Part shown: positions 37,028 to 47,671 of the stretch, piece after piece
How positions within the stretch are numbered: the first letter of the stretch is position 1
Layout: each line of letters opens with the position of its first letter
DNA from: a virus
Lineage: Duplodnaviria; Caudoviricetes
DNA: 63,731 nt
IMG/VR virus record: IMGVR_UViG_3300033145_001147
Span: 1 to 63,731 of that record
Strand: one strand, 5' to 3'
Program-made: the position numbers and the translations under genes
Notes under the pieces: model-generated
Told to the model about the DNA's origin: nothing
Database searches by the model: none
The model's input: the letters and a program-made list of their open reading frames with translations, nothing else

Positions 37028-38624
37028 TGATACTATTCAAAATAAAATAGTAGATATTTCATTAAAGGCAAGAGAAGCTCATATAGAAGGTCGTAAAAAA
37101 TTATGGGCGACTAATTATTTTGCTTGGGTAAAAGATAATTGGAGTTCAAGAGGAAAACCTTTAGATTTTGAAAAACATAGATATCTTGTAGAGATATATG
37201 AAGACCAATCTCCAGATATTACTTATATGAAATCAGCTCAAACTGGTTTAACAGAAAGAATGCTTACTGAAGCTTTATGGTTGCCAGACCAATATGCAGA
37301 AAATGCTATCTACTTTTTCCCTACTGGTGGAACAATGAGTGATATGGTTCAGGAAAGAATTGATGAACCTTTGAATAATAAACAATATCTAAGAGAAGTA
37401 TCTGGTAGAGCAAAAAGAATAATGGGTAAACAAGCTGATAAGATTGGTTTGAAAAGAATGAGTAAAGGTTTCGTTTACTTTAGGGGTTCTGGTTCTACTA
37501 CACAAATTACTTCTGTTCCAGGAGATATTATTTTTGTTGATGAAATAGATAGAATGCCTCAAGAAAATATTCCTTACTTTGATAAACGATTAGAACATTC
37601 AAATAGAAAATGGCAACGATGGGCTTCTACTCCTACTTTACCTAATTTTGGTATTCATAAAAGATTTATACTAACAGACCAAAGACATTGTTTTCTTAAA
37701 TGTTCTCATTGTGGAGAATGGCAAGATTTAGATTTCTTTAAGAATGTTAAATATGAAATGCTTAACGATAAACAATGTAAAGAAGCTCATCTTGCTTGTG
37801 CTAAATGTGAGAAAGAAATGATTACTTGGGAATGTGAACATGAATGGAGAGCAACTAATCCTGATTCAAACAAGAGAGGATATTTTGTTTCTAAACTATA
37901 TTCTCCAATGGCAGACCTAAAGAAAATGGTTGAATCATCTAAACTTACAGCAGAGTGGGAAGTTCAACAATTTTATAATCAGGACTTAGGAGTTCCTTAC
38001 GAACCTAAAGGTGGTAAATTAACTGATGAAACATTACAAGCTTGTAAAAGAGATTATAACTTTGGAGTTAAAGTTGGACATAACTTTATGGGAGTTGATG
38101 TCGGTAAAGTTCTTCATGTTATTATTCATAATAGTGATAAGCAAATTGTTTATGTTGATACTGTAAAAGACTTTGAAGATTTAGATAAGTTAATGAACGA
38201 ATATGATATTAAACAATGTGTAGTTGATGCTTTACCAGAAACAAGAGAAGTTCAAAAGTTTGCTGATAGATTTAGAGGTAGAGTGCATATGTGTTATTAC
38301 TCTGGAATGAAAGAAGTTAAAGAGAATGAGTGGTTCAAGGTCGATGAACAAAAAATTAATACCGATAGAACTTTATCTTTGGATATGTGGACAGCAAGGT
38401 TTAGAAATCAAGAGATTAATCTTCCAAAGAATTTTGCAGATAAGATAGAGTTTATAGACCATATGAAATCTTTGATTCGTGTTATTACTGAAAATAAAGC
38501 AGGAATTAAAAGAGCTGAATATGTAGAGATGTCCCCAGACCATTTCTATCATGCTGGGAACTATTCTAATATGGCTGATGCCATATTTAATATGACTTCT
38601 ACTCCAGAAGTTTGGGTATTGTAA
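36972..38624 (+). CDS. terminase large subunit (lambda GpA-like)
   Basis: KSAQTGLTE, FVDEID, ASTP, CxxC pairs, nuclease GVDVG and DHFYHA. Confidence 0.9.
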   Translation: MKTLKQQQTKLQSISLNDNDTIQNKIVDISLKAREAHIEGRKKLWATNYFAWVKDNWSSRGKPLDFEKHRYLVEIYEDQSPDITYMKSAQTGLTERMLTEALWLPDQYAENAIYFFPTGGTMSDMVQERIDEPLNNKQYLREVSGRAKRIMGKQADKIGLKRMSKGFVYFRGSGSTTQITSVPGDIIFVDEIDRMPQENIPYFDKRLEHSNRKWQRWASTPTLPNFGIHKRFILTDQRHCFLKCSHCGEWQDLDFFKNVKYEMLNDKQCKEAHLACAKCEKEMITWECEHEWRATNPDSNKRGYFVSKLYSPMADLKKMVESSKLTAEWEVQQFYNQDLGVPYEPKGGKLTDETLQACKRDYNFGVKVGHNFMGVDVGKVLHVIIHNSDKQIVYVDTVKDFEDLDKLMNEYDIKQCVVDALPETREVQKFADRFRGRVHMCYYSGMKEVKENEWFKVDEQKINTDRTLSLDMWTARFRNQEINLPKNFADKIEFIDHMKSLIRVITENKAGIKRAEYVEMSPDHFYHAGNYSNMADAIFNMTSTPEVWVL

Positions 38625-38680
38625 AAAATACATTATAATAGTTATAGTTCATTAAAAATTGGGGTCAAGAATTAAAATAT

Positions 38681-39028
38681 ATGAAGAAGAAAAAAGAAGA
38701 AAAAATCCTTAAATGGAGATTAAAAGATAAGCCAACTGTAGATGATGTCACACAGTTGCTAGACAAAGGGCTTTTGTCTAAAGATGAAGCAAGACAAATA
38801 ATTCTTGATGAAACAGATATCAAGCATTCAGATATTCTTGCATTACAAGATGAGATTAAATTATTAAGAGAATTAGTTTTGAAAATATCAGAACAAAATT
38901 CGCGATTACAAGTTATTAAAATTATTGAAAGAAATATTGATAATGTTCCTTTCAGATGGACACAACCTTATACAGTTTATTGTAGCAATCTACACGATGA
39001 AAATAGTGGAACATTTAGATTAAATTAA
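38681..39028 (+). CDS. hypothetical protein enclosed by a 27-bp inverted repeat
   Basis: 115-aa ORF between arms 38642-38668 and 39043-39069. Confidence 0.7.
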   Translation: MKKKKEEKILKWRLKDKPTVDDVTQLLDKGLLSKDEARQIILDETDIKHSDILALQDEIKLLRELVLKISEQNSRLQVIKIIERNIDNVPFRWTQPYTVYCSNLHDENSGTFRLN

Positions 39029-39086
39029 TTATTAGTGATAATTTGACCCCAATTTTTAATGAATTATAAATTAGCTAAAAGATGTA

Positions 39087-40364
39087 ATGAAAAAAATTAA
39101 AAATAAAGTAATACAAGGAAATAGTTTAGAAGTATTAAAAACTTTTGAAGATAATTCTATTGATACGATAATAACTGACCCACCTTACGGATTATCTTTT
39201 ATGGGGAAGAAATGGGATTACGATGTTCCTAGTATTAAGTTATGGAAAGAATGTTTAAGAGTTTTGAAACCTGGAGGAACAGCTTTAATTTTTGCTGGTA
39301 GTAGAACTCAACATAGAATGGCTGTTAATGTAGAAGATGCTGGATTTATTTTGAAGGATACAATTATGTGGCTATATGGTTCAGGCTTTCCTAAAGCTAC
39401 AGATATAAGCAAACAATTGGACAAAGGATATGAAAGGAAAGTTATTGGAATTGATAAAGATTTTGAAAGGAGAAACCCTAATAATACTGGATGTAATACT
39501 TTACATAATATTGATAAAGATGGAATTATCCAAAACAAAAATAAAATTGCTGGACAAATTACAGAATCAACAACCCCAGAAGCTAAACAATGGAATGGCT
39601 GGAAATCTCACGGACTAAAACCAGCTTACGAACCAATCTTAGTAGCTCAAAAACCTAATGAGGGGAATTATGCACAAAATGCTTTGAAGTGGGGAGTAAG
39701 TGGATTAAATATAGATGGGGGAAGAATAGGTAAGGGTGCTAAAAAATGGTCAGAACCTAGGGGCGGTATTTTTCATCCAAGTAAAAAGAATGATGCTAAA
39801 TTAGAAAATAATCCCCAAGGTCGTTTCCCATCTAATATAATACTAGATGAAGAAGCAGGAAAGATGTTAGATGAGCAGAGTGGAGAATTAAAAAGTGGTG
39901 TATTGAAATCTGATTGTTATATAAATGATAGAGATAATAAAAGTATATTTGCAGGGGGTGGCAAATTTGAACATAAAGGGTATAAGTCAGATAGGGGCGG
40001 AGCATCTCGTTTCTTCTATTGTGCCAAAGCTTCCAAGAGTGAAAGAAATGCTGGGTGTGAGGAATTTGATATACCAGAATATAGATGGAATAATGGTGGA
40101 GAAATGAAACAAATTAAAGGACAAAAAGGAAATTTTCATCCGACAGTAAAACCTCTTAAACTAATGGAATATCTTTGCACACTAACCAAAACACCAACAG
40201 GAGGAATAGTTCTTGACCCTTTTGCAGGAAGTTGCACTACTGCGGTTGCTTGCATAAATACTGATAGAGATTTTATAATGATAGAAAGAGAATCTGAATA
40301 TGTAAAAATAGGTCAAGCAAGAATTGATTTTGCATTAAAAGAAAGAAGTAATAAATTATTTTAA
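39087..40364 (+). CDS. N6-adenine/N4-cytosine DNA methyltransferase
   Basis: TDPPY, HPTVKP, DPFAGS. Confidence 0.92.
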   Translation: MKKIKNKVIQGNSLEVLKTFEDNSIDTIITDPPYGLSFMGKKWDYDVPSIKLWKECLRVLKPGGTALIFAGSRTQHRMAVNVEDAGFILKDTIMWLYGSGFPKATDISKQLDKGYERKVIGIDKDFERRNPNNTGCNTLHNIDKDGIIQNKNKIAGQITESTTPEAKQWNGWKSHGLKPAYEPILVAQKPNEGNYAQNALKWGVSGLNIDGGRIGKGAKKWSEPRGGIFHPSKKNDAKLENNPQGRFPSNIILDEEAGKMLDEQSGELKSGVLKSDCYINDRDNKSIFAGGGKFEHKGYKSDRGGASRFFYCAKASKSERNAGCEEFDIPEYRWNNGGEMKQIKGQKGNFHPTVKPLKLMEYLCTLTKTPTGGIVLDPFAGSCTTAVACINTDRDFIMIERESEYVKIGQARIDFALKERSNKLF

Positions 40365-40366
40365 TT

Positions 40367-40954
40367 ATGAAGATATTAAATTTGTATGCAGGAATAGGAG
40401 GAAATAGAAAACTGTGGGGAGATGACCATAAAATTACAGCAGTAGAAAATAATCCTGAAATAGCAAAAATATACCAAGATTTTTTTCCTAATGATAAAGT
40501 TATAATTGAAGATGCTCATCAGTATCTTTTAGACTATTTTGAAGAATTTGATTTTATATGGAGTAGTCCACCTTGTCAAAGTCATTCTTCTTTCAGACAA
40601 AATATATGTGTCAGATACAAAGGGACAAAACCAATTTACCCAGAAATGAATTTATATCAAGAAATATTATTTTTGAAATATAATTTCAAAGGAAAATGGT
40701 TAGTAGAAAATGTTAAGCCATATTATAAAACTCTAATAGAACCAACAAAAGAATTACAAAGACATTTATTTTGGAGTAACTTTGAAATAGAAAATACTGA
40801 TTTTGAAAAAGATAAAATAAGGACGGCACAAATACCAGACCTACAAAAATTACATAGATTTGATTTAAGTAAATATAAATTAAAAAATAAAAGACAAGTA
40901 TTAAGAAATTGTGTTTTACCAGAGTTAGGAAAACATATATTAAATCAATTATGA
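40367..40954 (+). CDS. short C5-cytosine DNA methyltransferase
   Basis: LYAGIGG, SPPCQ, ENV, LRNCV. Confidence 0.85.
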   Translation: MKILNLYAGIGGNRKLWGDDHKITAVENNPEIAKIYQDFFPNDKVIIEDAHQYLLDYFEEFDFIWSSPPCQSHSSFRQNICVRYKGTKPIYPEMNLYQEILFLKYNFKGKWLVENVKPYYKTLIEPTKELQRHLFWSNFEIENTDFEKDKIRTAQIPDLQKLHRFDLSKYKLKNKRQVLRNCVLPELGKHILNQL

Positions 40955-41568
40955 AAAATAAAAAATTAGAAATAATTTCTTCCTGGGATGACGGGAAAAA
41001 AGAAGATTTGAGAATGGTAAAGTTGCTAAAAACCTATCAACTTCTTGGTATTTTCTTTTTATCTAATAAAGGGTTAGAATTAGACTTAGATGAAATAAAA
41101 GAATTATCTAAAGATTTTGAAATAGGAGGGCATACTTTTAATCATCCTATGGACTTAAAATTATTAAGTGAGATACAACAAAAAGTAGAGATAGAAATGA
41201 ATAAGGATTTCTTAGAACATATTACAGGAAAAGAAATTAAGTGGTTTTGTTATCCAAGAGGAAGATATAATACAACTACAATAAAAATTCTAAAAGATAT
41301 TGGAATTAAATATGCAAGAACAACTTTGGTGGGAAATACAAAAGAACCAGAAGATAATTATAGGATAGCAACATCAGTTCATGTTTACCCTTCAAGGAAA
41401 GAATACAAAGAACAAAACTGGTTAGAATACGCAAAAGAAAAATTTGACATAGCCAAGAAAGAAAAAGGGGTTTTTCATATTTGGGGGCGTTCTCATGAAG
41501 TATCTCGTTATAATTTATGGAACGACTTAGAAGAATTGTTCCAGTATATACAAAAAAATAAAATATGA
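40951..41568 (+). CDS. polysaccharide deacetylase (NodB-like)
   Basis: SWDDG, GGHTFNH, FCYPRG. Confidence 0.85.
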   Translation: MKNKKLEIISSWDDGKKEDLRMVKLLKTYQLLGIFFLSNKGLELDLDEIKELSKDFEIGGHTFNHPMDLKLLSEIQQKVEIEMNKDFLEHITGKEIKWFCYPRGRYNTTTIKILKDIGIKYARTTLVGNTKEPEDNYRIATSVHVYPSRKEYKEQNWLEYAKEKFDIAKKEKGVFHIWGRSHEVSRYNLWNDLEELFQYIQKNKI

Positions 41569-41618
41569 TACAATAAACTAAAGTAATATGGGGATATTAT
41601 TATAAATAAAAAAAAGTT

Positions 41619-41900
41619 ATGAATGAAACAACAATAAAAGAAATTGCAATAATCCCTTTGAAACCTAAGGATGGTTTAATCGCTCTTGCTTCTTGTATCG
41701 TAGATGAAAAATTATATATAGGAAGCATAGGAATTTATACAAAGTTAAAAGGAGGATATAGATTGACTTATCCAACAAAAAAAATTGGAGAAAATTCTAT
41801 AAATATTTATCATCCTATTAATAAAGAAATAGGGGATATAATTGAAAAAGCGATTATAGAACAATATGAAGAATTGATGAAATATAGTGTCGTTGAATAA
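41619..41900 (+). CDS. SpoVG-family nucleic-acid-binding protein
   Basis: LIALASCIVD..LYI..I...YP...HPINKE...IEKAIIEQY. Confidence 0.75.
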   Translation: MNETTIKEIAIIPLKPKDGLIALASCIVDEKLYIGSIGIYTKLKGGYRLTYPTKKIGENSINIYHPINKEIGDIIEKAIIEQYEELMKYSVVE

Positions 41901-41999
41901 AAAAAGCACCGTCCAGCTAAGACAGCACTTTTTTTTGTTTTAAAACTCACATATTTTATTTACGATAATATGAAACGCTCAATCTGCGTAAAGCAAAGT
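41899..41999 (-). ncRNA. candidate small RNA with own promoter and terminator
   Basis: minus-strand TTGACA-17-TAAAAT (42034-42006); G.U-containing hairpin plus U run at 41929-41899. Confidence 0.6.
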
Positions 42000-42075
42000 A
42001 TCTAAATTTTATAAGAATACAAGAGTTTTGTCAAGTGAAAAACTTTAATAACTAAGATAAGTAAAGAAAAGTATT

Positions 42076-42942
42076 ATGAATATATATATACCAAACATAA
42101 GTAAGCAATCAATTGGCGGAGGTTGGACATTCCGCTCAAATCTTTTGAAAGCTTTAAAGGATAAAGTTTTTTTCGTTGATAATTGGAAAGATTGTGATTT
42201 AATTTTAATAACAGGGGCTACAATTACAGATAGGAACGAAATGATTGAAGCAAAAGAGGATGGTAAAAAGATTATTTTTCGTGTTGACAATATCCCAAAA
42301 GATAGTAGAAATAGAAGAACAGCTTTTTCTCGTATGTTAGATTTTGCTAAAATGGCTGACTATATTGTTTTTCAAAGTGAGTGGGCTAAAGATTATGTTG
42401 GCTGGTGGTTTGTGGATAACAAAATTGAAATAACTAACAAAAGTAGTATAATATATAATGGAGTAGATAAGGATTTCTTCTCTGAATATAAAAATACTAT
42501 TAGAAAAGAAAATCGTTATTTATATATACAATATAACCGAGATGAAAATAAACGCGTTCCTGAAGCATTTTACGCGTTCCACCAGGTATTTAGAAAGGAT
42601 AAAGACTCTGAATTATGGTTAGTGGGACAATTTTCTCCAACATTAGTAGAATATGGTTTTGATTTTTTTGCTGGAGAGAAAGTAACTTATCTAGGGGTAA
42701 AAGATAATAGGGCTGAATTAGCAGAGATAATGAGGTCGTGCCAGTATTTGTTGTTTCCTGCATTTGCAGATGCAAGTAGCAATCAATTAACTGAGTCATT
42801 AGCCTGTGGTTGTAAGCCGATAGGAATTAATCCAGTTGGGGGTAGTATTGAAATAGTGAATAGGTGGAAACAGGGAATACTTCCATCAATTCAAGAAATG
42901 TCGAGTGAATATTTACAAGTATTTAATAATTTAATAAAATAA
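42076..42942 (+). CDS. GT-B (GT4-like) glycosyltransferase
   Basis: IGGG, IYNGVD, ESLACG. Confidence 0.8.
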   Translation: MNIYIPNISKQSIGGGWTFRSNLLKALKDKVFFVDNWKDCDLILITGATITDRNEMIEAKEDGKKIIFRVDNIPKDSRNRRTAFSRMLDFAKMADYIVFQSEWAKDYVGWWFVDNKIEITNKSSIIYNGVDKDFFSEYKNTIRKENRYLYIQYNRDENKRVPEAFYAFHQVFRKDKDSELWLVGQFSPTLVEYGFDFFAGEKVTYLGVKDNRAELAEIMRSCQYLLFPAFADASSNQLTESLACGCKPIGINPVGGSIEIVNRWKQGILPSIQEMSSEYLQVFNNLIK

Positions 42943-42946
42943 AATT

Positions 42947-43321
42947 ATGTCAGAAAAAAAAGTAGTTGAAAGTTTTTTAGCAGATGTTAAAGAACAAAAA
43001 ATAAAGCAAATATTAGGAATAGTTCTTGATATAGAATATTGGGAAGCTATGGTTAAGGGTAAAGATGAAGATAAAATGAGAGCTGAATTGAAAACTGAAA
43101 ATGAAAAGAAAATTGAAAATAAAAACGGAACTATCTTCAAAGACGAAAGAGATATGGATAAGATTGGATTGTTATCTAAAAATATAGAAGTATTAGCTAA
43201 AGCACAAACTGAACTACAAAGGTTAAAAGAAATGAGAATTGCTATAGAAGGTTATCTAAAATTTGTTTTGAATCCTTCAAAAGATACAATGGCGAAGTTT
43301 GAAGAAGTAGCGAAATTATAA
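42947..43321 (+). CDS. hypothetical coiled-coil protein
   Basis: ORF in operon. Confidence 0.65.
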   Translation: MSEKKVVESFLADVKEQKIKQILGIVLDIEYWEAMVKGKDEDKMRAELKTENEKKIENKNGTIFKDERDMDKIGLLSKNIEVLAKAQTELQRLKEMRIAIEGYLKFVLNPSKDTMAKFEEVAKL

Positions 43322-43340
43322 ATCTAATTAAAAAACTATT

Positions 43341-43934
43341 TTGTCATCTTATACTCGCCAAGCTTTAGAAAAATGGTTAAAAGAAATTCCTTCTGTTGAA
43401 GGGAAAGTTCTTGATATTGGTGGAAGTCAAAATCCTGTTGAAGGAAGAATAATTAACGAAGGAGAAGGAACACAATATAAGATTTTAGATTTAAAAACTC
43501 CGCATGAAACAAAAGTTAAGCCAGATATTGTTTGTGATTTGAATCGTGGGCTTAACAATAATCAACAAAATGTTTATTACCAAAGTGTGTTTGATATAGC
43601 TTTTTGTTTAGAAGTTTCGGAGTATTGGTGGAACCCAGTTCAAGCATTGAATAATATTAATTTCTTTTTGAAGAAAGGTGGAATATTTTATATTTCATTT
43701 CATTTTGTTTATATGATACATTCACCGAAGGGGTTAGATTTTTTGCGTTATACTCCTGATGGTGTGGAAAAATTATTAAAAGAAACAGGATTTGAAATTT
43801 TGGAACACAAATACCGATTGGCAGAAAATGGTTATTTGATAAGGTATTATGAATATGATAAAATGAGAGGGATAAAAGACAATAATATAAATCATAATGT
43901 CATTGGCTCACTTATCAAAGTTAAAAAAATGTAA
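43341..43934 (+). CDS. class I SAM-dependent methyltransferase
   Basis: VLDIGG, FDIAFCLEV, LKKGG; TTG start. Confidence 0.8.
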   Translation: MSSYTRQALEKWLKEIPSVEGKVLDIGGSQNPVEGRIINEGEGTQYKILDLKTPHETKVKPDIVCDLNRGLNNNQQNVYYQSVFDIAFCLEVSEYWWNPVQALNNINFFLKKGGIFYISFHFVYMIHSPKGLDFLRYTPDGVEKLLKETGFEILEHKYRLAENGYLIRYYEYDKMRGIKDNNINHNVIGSLIKVKKM

Positions 43935-43953
43935 GAGTAGATGGCAAAAAGAT

Positions 43954-44448
43954 ATGAGTAGAGAAATAATAAAATTAAATATAGGTTGTGGGAGAAAACA
44001 ATTGACTGGATTTACTAATCTAGATGTAATGCCTTATATTGATGGCAATGGTAAACAAATAGTTGATGTAGTTATAGATATTGAAAAAGAAATATTGCCC
44101 TACAAAGATAATACAGTTGAAGAAATTAGAGTTGATAATGTTTTAGAACATGTTGAAGAATTGAAATTTTTTCTTAACGAATGTCATCGTGTCTTGAAAG
44201 AAGGCGGAATATTAAAAGGGGTAGTCCCTGTAGCTGGAACTGATTATGATTTTCGTGACCCAACACACAAAAGACATTTTATTAAATCGTCTTTTAGTTA
44301 TTTTACTGGACAGAGTGTAAGCAAACCAAACAGACCTTCTCATCCAAAATATGCTGACTATGGTTTTTTGCCCTGGAATCAATTACAATTAGAACAAGAG
44401 AACAATTTAATTTATTTTATATTATCCCCTCGTAAAATTATTAGATAA
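43954..44448 (+). CDS. class I SAM-dependent methyltransferase-like protein
   Basis: KLNIGCG, VLEH, RVLKEGG, DPTH. Confidence 0.8.
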   Translation: MSREIIKLNIGCGRKQLTGFTNLDVMPYIDGNGKQIVDVVIDIEKEILPYKDNTVEEIRVDNVLEHVEELKFFLNECHRVLKEGGILKGVVPVAGTDYDFRDPTHKRHFIKSSFSYFTGQSVSKPNRPSHPKYADYGFLPWNQLQLEQENNLIYFILSPRKIIR

Positions 44449-44462
44449 GTAAAAAAAGTATT

Positions 44463-46058
44463 ATGAAAATTTTATTTCAAGTGGATATTTTTGACTGGGC
44501 TATAGGACATTTAGTGAATGCCAAGGTAAAACATATGTCTCATCTTGAAACAAAGATTATAGACATTCATCCAAGAGATGCTATTCAAAAAGCAGAAAAA
44601 TTTTATAAACAAGTTTTAGAATTTGAACCTGATATTATTGTTTATGAATATTTTAGAAGTGCTTCACAACTTATAGAAGCTAAACCTGAACTAAAAAAAT
44701 ATACATCAATATTAGTTCATCATAACCAAAGAGATAAAGCTCTTTATTATTCTGATTGGAACGAATTAGGTATTGATAGAATTGTTACTCATACTAATAA
44801 GTGTAGAAAAAAGTTAATGGAGAAAGGATATATAAATGTAGAAACAATTAATCATGGAATTGATTTAGACTTTTTTGAATATGACCATGATGAGAAAGAA
44901 GAAAAGACAATTGGTTATGTTGGAAGAATTGTCCCATGGAAAGGATTAAAAGAGATTTCAGAAGTTGCTCAAGAATTAGGATATAAAGTTCAAGTGATGG
45001 GAAAACAAGACAAGGCAGATTATTGGCAAAAAATTCCTAAAGAACCTTTATTGTTTGATTTTATGAATTGTTCAGATAAAGAAAGGGTAAAAGCTTATCA
45101 TAATATGACCATTTATGTTGGAAACAGTGAAGATAACTATGAAGAAGGAACCTTGCCTTACTTAGAAGCTATGGCTTGTGGAGTTCCAGTAATTACTACT
45201 CTTAATGGAGTTGCTAGAGATATTGCTAAAGATGGAGTAAATGCTTTAGTAGTTCCTTTCCAAGATAAAGAAGCTTTGAAAATTGCTATTAAAAGATTAA
45301 TGGAAGATGAAGATTTAAGAAAGAAATTAAGAAAAGGAGGATATAATACTGTTCGTCAAATGAGTGAAGAAAAAATGGCTTATGAATATACTAAATTATT
45401 TTACGAAGTTAAATATGATAAACCCTTAGTATCAGCAATTATTCCTGCTACATTTGATAGAGCAAAAGAAGTTATAACAATTCTAAAATCATTAGAAAAA
45501 CAAACCCATAAACCTATTGAAGCTGTGGTTATTTGGGATGAAAGAATAACAGAACAAACTATTTTCCCAGATATTGCTTCTAATATAAAAGGAGTTGTAG
45601 TAAAACAATTTGTTACAGATAAAGTTGGTTATAATATTGCTTTAGCTCGTAATATAGGAGTAATAGAATCTCAAGGAGAATATTTATTATTCAATGATAC
45701 AAGATTAGAACCTGAAATAGATGCTGTTTCTATGTTCTTACAAGCAATGGAAAATGGAAAATTTTGGTTGTTCGGAGATAAAGGAGCACAGAAAAAATCT
45801 TTTATAGAAAACTTTAGTTTTGTTTCAAGAGAAAATTTTATGACTTTTGGGATGTTCAATGAACGTGTTATGTCCTATGGCGGAGCCTCACAAGAAATAA
45901 GAACAAGATGGATAAAACAAGGAGGTCAATTTAATTATATTCAGGAAGCAATAGCAAAAGAAATTAAGAAAGCTAGTTCAATGACAGATAAAAAAAGAAA
46001 GTCAATTAATGACATGAAATTTTTACTTTATAAGATGTATGGAGATAGATGTTATTAG
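44463..46058 (+). CDS. bifunctional GT4 + GT2 glycosyltransferase
   Basis: GRIVPWKG, LEAMACGVP; then LVSAIIP, ARNIG. Confidence 0.85.
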   Translation: MKILFQVDIFDWAIGHLVNAKVKHMSHLETKIIDIHPRDAIQKAEKFYKQVLEFEPDIIVYEYFRSASQLIEAKPELKKYTSILVHHNQRDKALYYSDWNELGIDRIVTHTNKCRKKLMEKGYINVETINHGIDLDFFEYDHDEKEEKTIGYVGRIVPWKGLKEISEVAQELGYKVQVMGKQDKADYWQKIPKEPLLFDFMNCSDKERVKAYHNMTIYVGNSEDNYEEGTLPYLEAMACGVPVITTLNGVARDIAKDGVNALVVPFQDKEALKIAIKRLMEDEDLRKKLRKGGYNTVRQMSEEKMAYEYTKLFYEVKYDKPLVSAIIPATFDRAKEVITILKSLEKQTHKPIEAVVIWDERITEQTIFPDIASNIKGVVVKQFVTDKVGYNIALARNIGVIESQGEYLLFNDTRLEPEIDAVSMFLQAMENGKFWLFGDKGAQKKSFIENFSFVSRENFMTFGMFNERVMSYGGASQEIRTRWIKQGGQFNYIQEAIAKEIKKASSMTDKKRKSINDMKFLLYKMYGDRCY

Positions 46059-46103
46059 AAGTCATCACTATGAATTTTTTTATGTATATAATATAATATA
46101 TAT

Positions 46104-46538
46104 ATGAAAAAAGGAAAATACAAAAAGTGTAAAAATTGTGGGATTGAATTTTATGAATTTCCTTACTTAAAAGGAAAGAAAAAGTTTTGTTCTACTAATT
46201 GTGCGAATAAATATAATGCTGAAAAATTAAGTAAAGATAGAAAAGGTAAAGGTAATCCAATGTATGGGAAAAGGGCTTGGAATTATAAAGGTTTTACTAT
46301 AACAACTGATAAAAGAAAGCAAAGATATAAATTAATTTATGTTAATAGAAAACAAATAAAAGAGCATAGATATATAATGGAACAATACTTAGGAAGAAAA
46401 TTAAAAAAAGAGGAAGTTGTTCATCATATAAATGGAGATAGTTTAGATAATAGAATTGAAAATCTGAAAGTTATGACCGTTGGAGAACATTCTAAATTAC
46501 ATTTTAGACAAATTAGACAACAAAAAGATATAAAATAA
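46104..46538 (+). CDS. HNH homing endonuclease
   Basis: EHRYIME..LGR...VHHINGDSLDNRIENL. Confidence 0.9.
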   Translation: MKKGKYKKCKNCGIEFYEFPYLKGKKKFCSTNCANKYNAEKLSKDRKGKGNPMYGKRAWNYKGFTITTDKRKQRYKLIYVNRKQIKEHRYIMEQYLGRKLKKEEVVHHINGDSLDNRIENLKVMTVGEHSKLHFRQIRQQKDIK

Positions 46539-46582
46539 ATGTAGTCAATTTATTTTAAGTAGTTAATAATATATATAATTGT

Positions 46583-47670
46583 ATGAATTATAGTAAAGAT
46601 AAAAACATAGATGGGCGACATAGTGTCAGGATTTTTGGATATCCTTGGCATGTCGCCCATCAACGGCTCAATACGAACTCTGCAAAATAAAAAATACACA
46701 ATGGAATTGGTTAGTTCAACACAGAAGAAGTTATTCTGCTTTTCCAAGAGATGATTTCTTTGAAAAATTAGGAGGTAAATGGATTGCTTCATATGAAAAA
46801 GGAAAGTATGATTTTGCTTTATTACATTTAGACCAACAATGTTTTGAGGAAGGTATATGGGAACGAGGGAAAGGTTCTTTGTTTAGAGAAGCAAATGACG
46901 TGATACAAGACATTCCTAAAGTGTGTTTAATGCATGGAACACCTTTTTATCCTGAAGCTTTTCCTTCAGATATTACAGAAGAAAATTATAAGGACTTAAA
47001 TTATACTAAAGACCAAATTGGAATGAGTAGTGTCTTAATCGAAAGATTCAAAAAAGAAGTTAAAGATTTTAAGGTTCTTATTTTTAATTCAAAAACTGCT
47101 AAAAGACAATGGGGGATGGAAGATGATGAAAGAGCTGTTGCTATTTGGCATGGAATAGATATGGATGAATGGTTTGATTTACCTAAAGAACCAAGAGTTG
47201 TAACAATGATTAGCCCTGGCGGATTAGATAAGTATTATGATAGAGTTTTCTTGCGGGCGGTAAAAGAATTATTGCTTGAGAAAGAAATAGAACATTGTCA
47301 TATTACAGTAGATGCAAATTTTAAGAATTGGAAAGAGTATAGAACCTTCTTAGGTAGAAGTTTGGTTTATTTGAATCCAACTATGGAAAGTCCAATGCCA
47401 AGAGCAAGAACTGAAGCAATGGCTTCAGGTTGTTGTGTATTAACTACACCTCATCAAGATGCAGATGAATTTATTAAGAATGGAGAGAATGGTTTTATCA
47501 TTCCCAGAAACCCTCAAATGGTTGCTGATTTAATTGAAAATTTAATTCTTGATTATAAGAAAGCTATAAAAATAGGCAAGGCGGGGAAAGAAACTGTCAA
47601 GGAAGTATTTAGCAATGACCGATATAGAAAAGAATGGTCTGATTTGATTATGAATAAGATATTAAAATAA
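46583..47670 (+). CDS. GT4-like glycosyltransferase with a frame break near codon 27
   Basis: ATG 46583 frame reads ...IFGYPWHVAHQ; the body (QYELCK...EAMASG) is in another frame from 46669. Confidence 0.7.
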
Positions 47671-47671
47671 T

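Noticed and set aside
42411-42419. Additional DnaA box (TGTGGATAA)
   Set aside because: Lies inside a coding region with no adjacent promoter
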